From contig JBGAOA010000056.1 of assembly GCA_044222065.1 (NCBI GenBank), forward strand, positions 1 to 27,501: a stretch of 27,501 nt of DNA, in the 5' to 3' direction. The stretch is from Candidatus Eiseniibacteriota bacterium (GTDB taxonomy: Bacteria; Eisenbacteria; RBG-16-71-46). Within the stretch, counting starts at the first letter, position 1. Each line of letters begins with the position of its first letter. The position numbers and the translations under genes are program-made. Under the pieces are notes generated by a model. The model searched no databases and had not been told where the DNA came from. It worked only from the letters and a program-made list of their open reading frames with translations. This document shows positions 24,350-27,501 of this stretch, in pieces.

Positions 24350-26155
24350 ATGCGCGGCGTCCACGAACTTCGAACGCTCAGGCCCTACATCCGGCCGCAC
24401 GTCGTGCTCATCGGCGTCGCGGTGATCGTGTCGCTGGTGCTCGCGGTCGTGGACGTCCCGCTGCCGTTCTTCATCCGCCACATCATCGACGACGTCGTCC
24501 GGACCCGTCCGAAGCGCTACCTGTTCGGATTCAACCTGGGCGGCATCGACCCGGTGAAGCTGCTGAACCTGATCTTCGCCCTGCTCGTGGCGAACGCCGC
24601 GCTCAAGGGGCTGCTCGTCTACCTGCAGCGCGTGCTCACCGAGCGCGTCGGCCAGCAGGTCGTGTACGAGATGCGCCGCGACCTCTACAGCCACCTGCAG
24701 GGCCTCAACCTGATCTACTTCCGCGATTCGTCGACCGGACAGGTCATGCTGCGCTTCATTGGCGACATCCAGGCCGTGCTCGATCTGGTCACCGACGGGA
24801 TCATGCGCGTCCTGATGGACGCCACGACGATCCTCGTCGTGCTCGTGTGCCTGTTCGTGACGAACCTCCACATGACGTGGGTCGCGCTCGCCTTCGTTCC
24901 GCTCTACGTCTGGCCGTTCGTGCGATGGAACTCGCGCATCCGGGAAGCGAGCCACGACACCCGGAACGCCCGCTCGCACCTGTCGGGGAACCTGCAGGAG
25001 AAGCTCGCGGGGATCGGCATCGTGAAGGCGTTCGGGCAGGAGGAGCGCGAGCAGCGTCACTTCGAGGGCCTGTCGTCGGAGGTGCGCGATCACGCGGTCC
25101 AGCGCGCCGTGTGGTCCGGGAAGCTCAACGGCGCCGCGCAAGCCTCGATCGCGCTGTGCGCGGCGTTCGTGCTCTATCAGGGCGCGCTCTACACGATGAA
25201 GCCCGGCATGACTCGCGGACAGCTCATGGCGTTCTACGTGCTCGTGTCGCTGCTGTTCGCCCCGCTGCGCCGGATCGCGCGGGTGAGCGAGACGGTCCAG
25301 AACGCCATCGTTTCGCTCGAGCGCATCAACGAGTTCCTGCGCTCGACGGGGAAGCACCAGGAGCGTCCCGGATCCCGCGCACTGCAGGTGAATCGCGCGG
25401 AGGTCGAGTTCGAGAACGTGACGTTCTGCTATCCCGAGGGGCATCCGGTGCTCGAGAACCTGTCGTTCCGGATTCCCGGCGGACAGGTCGTGGCGCTCGT
25501 GGGCCACAACGGCGCGGGCAAGTCGACGCTCGTGAGCCTGCTGCCGCGCTTCTTCGAAGTGGACGGGGGCCGCGTGCTCGTGGACGGCCAGGACCTGCGC
25601 GACGTGAGCCTGACGTCGCTGCGCGACCGGATCGGCATCGTGTCGCAGGACACGATGCTGTTCTCGGGCTCGATCCGCGAGAACATCGCCTACGGCCGGC
25701 CCGACGCGAGCGAGGAGCAGATCCTCGAGGCGGCGCGGGTGGCGAACGCCCTGGACTTCATCCTCGAGCACAAGAAGGGGCTCGACCGGAAGGTCGGCGA
25801 GCGGGGCGGGAAGCTCTCGGGCGGGCAGCGCCAGCGCATCGCCATCGCGCGCGCCGTCCTTCGCGACCCGGCGATCCTGATCCTCGACGAGGCGACTTCG
25901 AACGTCGACTCGGAATCCGAAGCCCTGATCCGCGACGCGCTCAACCGCCTGATGGAGGGGCGGACGACGTTCGTCGTCGCGCACCGCATCTCGACCGTGC
26001 AGCGCGCGGACCAGATCCTCGTGCTCGAAGCGGGACGGATCGTCGAGAGCGGCACGCACGCGGAACTGATGCGCAGGGACGGCCACTACAGCCGCCTCTG
26101 CTCCGAGCAGCTGATCGCGGACACCGCGGTCCCGCCGCAGGCCGCCGCGAGCTGA
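24350..26155 (+). CDS. MsbA-like ABC exporter (fused permease and ATPase), 601 aa
   Basis: N-terminal transmembrane helices; Walker A GHNGAGKST; signature LSGGQRQR; Walker B ILILDEATS; H-loop VAHRIST. ATG 8 nt after the upstream stop. Confidence 0.94.
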   Translation: MRGVHELRTLRPYIRPHVVLIGVAVIVSLVLAVVDVPLPFFIRHIIDDVVRTRPKRYLFGFNLGGIDPVKLLNLIFALLVANAALKGLLVYLQRVLTERVGQQVVYEMRRDLYSHLQGLNLIYFRDSSTGQVMLRFIGDIQAVLDLVTDGIMRVLMDATTILVVLVCLFVTNLHMTWVALAFVPLYVWPFVRWNSRIREASHDTRNARSHLSGNLQEKLAGIGIVKAFGQEEREQRHFEGLSSEVRDHAVQRAVWSGKLNGAAQASIALCAAFVLYQGALYTMKPGMTRGQLMAFYVLVSLLFAPLRRIARVSETVQNAIVSLERINEFLRSTGKHQERPGSRALQVNRAEVEFENVTFCYPEGHPVLENLSFRIPGGQVVALVGHNGAGKSTLVSLLPRFFEVDGGRVLVDGQDLRDVSLTSLRDRIGIVSQDTMLFSGSIRENIAYGRPDASEEQILEAARVANALDFILEHKKGLDRKVGERGGKLSGGQRQRIAIARAVLRDPAILILDEATSNVDSESEALIRDALNRLMEGRTTFVVAHRISTVQRADQILVLEAGRIVESGTHAELMRRDGHYSRLCSEQLIADTAVPPQAAAS

Positions 26156-26205
26156 GGCCCGGATCCGAGTGACCCGGCCGCGTCTCACGTCCTCCAGCGC
26201 CCCGC

Positions 26206-26235
26206 TTGCGGCCGTCCCGATCGCGCGGGTAATCT
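26206..26235 (+). promoter_or_regulatory. Putative sigma70 promoter upstream of tRNA-Cys
   Basis: TTGCGG-N18-TAATCT about 155 nt before the tRNA. Confidence 0.3.
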
Positions 26236-26389
26236 AGCCGCCCTTCAATCGCCGTCGATGTGCCTCCGGACCTCGCTTCGGAGCTGCGATGGCCACGTTC
26301 GCGCGGTGCCGGGCGTCGTCCGGCGCCGACAAGCGCTCGCTGCCGGTGTCCATCGCGATGCCGGGGCGAGTGCCCCGCGGCGGCACGGT

Positions 26390-26464
26390 GGCGCCATAGC
26401 CAAGTGGTAAGGCGAGGGTCTGCAAAACCCTTATTCCCCGGTTCGAATCCGGGTGCCGCCTCCA
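26390..26464 (+). tRNA. tRNA-Cys (GCA)
   Basis: GGCGCCATAGCCAAGTGGTAAGGC; anticodon arm AGGGT-CTGCAAA-ACCCT; T-arm CCCGG-TTCGAAT-CCGGG; U73 discriminator and encoded CCA. Confidence 0.97.
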
Positions 26465-26668
26465 ACCTCGCTCCCCTTCTCCACCGAAGCCCGGACCGCC
26501 GCATGCCGTTCGACCGGGCAGTGGTGTGCGGGCGAGCACTCGGTGGCGCGGGGCCTGCGCGCGCATGCCTTGCTACGAGAGGACGCGGTCGACCCCACGG
26601 GGGCTCGCGTTCCGCACGGCCCGGGTGAACCGGCCCGGTCGCCGATCGTCAGGTTCTCCACTTTTCAG

Positions 26669-26710
26669 GCGACATTCCGGACGCGACTTTGTACGATTAA
26701 CGGACAAAGT
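26669..26710 (+). promoter_or_regulatory. Putative promoter with overlapping palindromic operator
   Basis: GCGACA-N17-TACGAT; inverted repeat ACTTTGT-N11-ACAAAGT at 26686-26710. Confidence 0.4.
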
Positions 26711-26740
26711 GAGCCCGCATTCGCCGGGCGAGAGGAGAGC

Positions 26741-27501
26741 ATGAGGACCTGGACGAGCATCGGCGCCCGCGTGTGCGGCGCCTCGATCGCGGCCGTGCTG
26801 CTGCTGGCGGGGCCGGTACACGCGCAGTGCCTGCTGGCCAACCCGAGTTTCGAGATCGCCGGATCGTCCGGAAGCGTGTTCGCGGGCTGGAACCAGTTCG
26901 GCGTCGTCGGCTCGTCGTCGACGGCGGTGCACGGCGTACTCGCGGCGCGCGTGTCGGGGCCGAACACCGGCAACTGGGACGTCTCGGGTTACTGGCAGGC
27001 GCAGAGCACGTCGCCCGGCGATCGCTGGCGCGCGCGCGGCACCGTGCGCACGCCGTCGGCCACGCGTCTCGCGGGACAGTCGCGAGCGATCGTCAACATC
27101 GAGTGGCGCGACGGGGGCGGCGTGCTGATCAGTTACGAATCGCACGATGTCGCGACGGCCGCGAGCCCGGCCGACTCCAACGTCGCGTTCGACGTCAGCA
27201 CCGCGACCGCGCCTCCGAACACCGTGAGCGCACGGCTGCTGCTCGGCGTGCTGCAGGGGCCGGGTGATCCGCAGCGCGACGCGATCTACGATGCGATCAC
27301 GTTCGAGAAGCAGACCACACCGAGCCTCGACTCGCTCCAGTGGGGCGACTTCGGCACGGGCCGCACGCTGTTCTTCGCCGGTCGTACCTGGCGCGTGAAG
27401 GGCACCGGCGTGTACGGCCCGGGACCGAACTCGTTCTCCGCGTCGCCGAGCATGATCTGGGTCGACGACAACGGCTGGCTGCACCTGACGATCACCCACT
27501 C
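26741..27501 (+). CDS. Secreted protein, CBM4/9-like domain plus start of a GH16-like domain, runs off the window edge
   Basis: Manual translation (not in the track): MRTWTSIGARVCGASIAAVLLLAGPVHA/QCLLANPSFE...GW...; then FAGRTWRVKG...GPGPNSFS...IWVDDNGWLHLTI. GAGGAG SD. The catalytic ExDxE motif is not within the window. Confidence 0.75.
   Translation, partial: MRTWTSIGARVCGASIAAVLLLAGPVHAQCLLANPSFEIAGSSGSVFAGWNQFGVVGSSSTAVHGVLAARVSGPNTGNWDVSGYWQAQSTSPGDRWRARGTVRTPSATRLAGQSRAIVNIEWRDGGGVLISYESHDVATAASPADSNVAFDVSTATAPPNTVSARLLLGVLQGPGDPQRDAIYDAITFEKQTTPSLDSLQWGDFGTGRTLFFAGRTWRVKGTGVYGPGPNSFSASPSMIWVDDNGWLHLTITH

Noticed and set aside
19293..26188. Long minus-strand ORFs 19293..24092 and 24173..26188
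   Set aside because: Antisense shadows of well-supported plus-strand genes.
26465..27501. Genomic island integrated at tRNA-Cys
   Set aside because: No integrase, att duplication or obvious compositional shift within the window.

Overview
Very GC-rich bacterial chromosomal window. A FlgD-Ig/T9SS-like C-terminal sorting domain suggests an FCB-group diderm such as Ca. Eisenbacteria (inference only). Minus strand, left half: a ~3,260-aa surface protein (signal peptide, 14 DUF11 repeats, SdrD-B-like domain, large beta-barrel, helical domain, OmpA domain), then an ECF sigma factor and a truncated zinc-binding anti-sigma factor. Plus strand: a 61-aa protein; a four-gene operon (beta-decarboxylating dehydrogenase, KRCGH-type isocitrate-lyase-family enzyme, LeuC/LeuD-like dehydratase subunits); a five-gene cluster (secreted 7-repeat protein, outer-membrane barrel, PLP aminotransferase fused to an archaeal-type PEP carboxylase-like domain, DUF1611-like P-loop protein, MsbA-like ABC exporter); tRNA-Cys(GCA); and a truncated CBM+GH16-like gene. 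Best candidates for novelty are the aminotransferase-PpcA fusion with its export-type operon, and the exchange of putative isopeptide Lys for Cys pairs among the adhesin repeats. All family calls come from motif recognition by eye; no searches were run.
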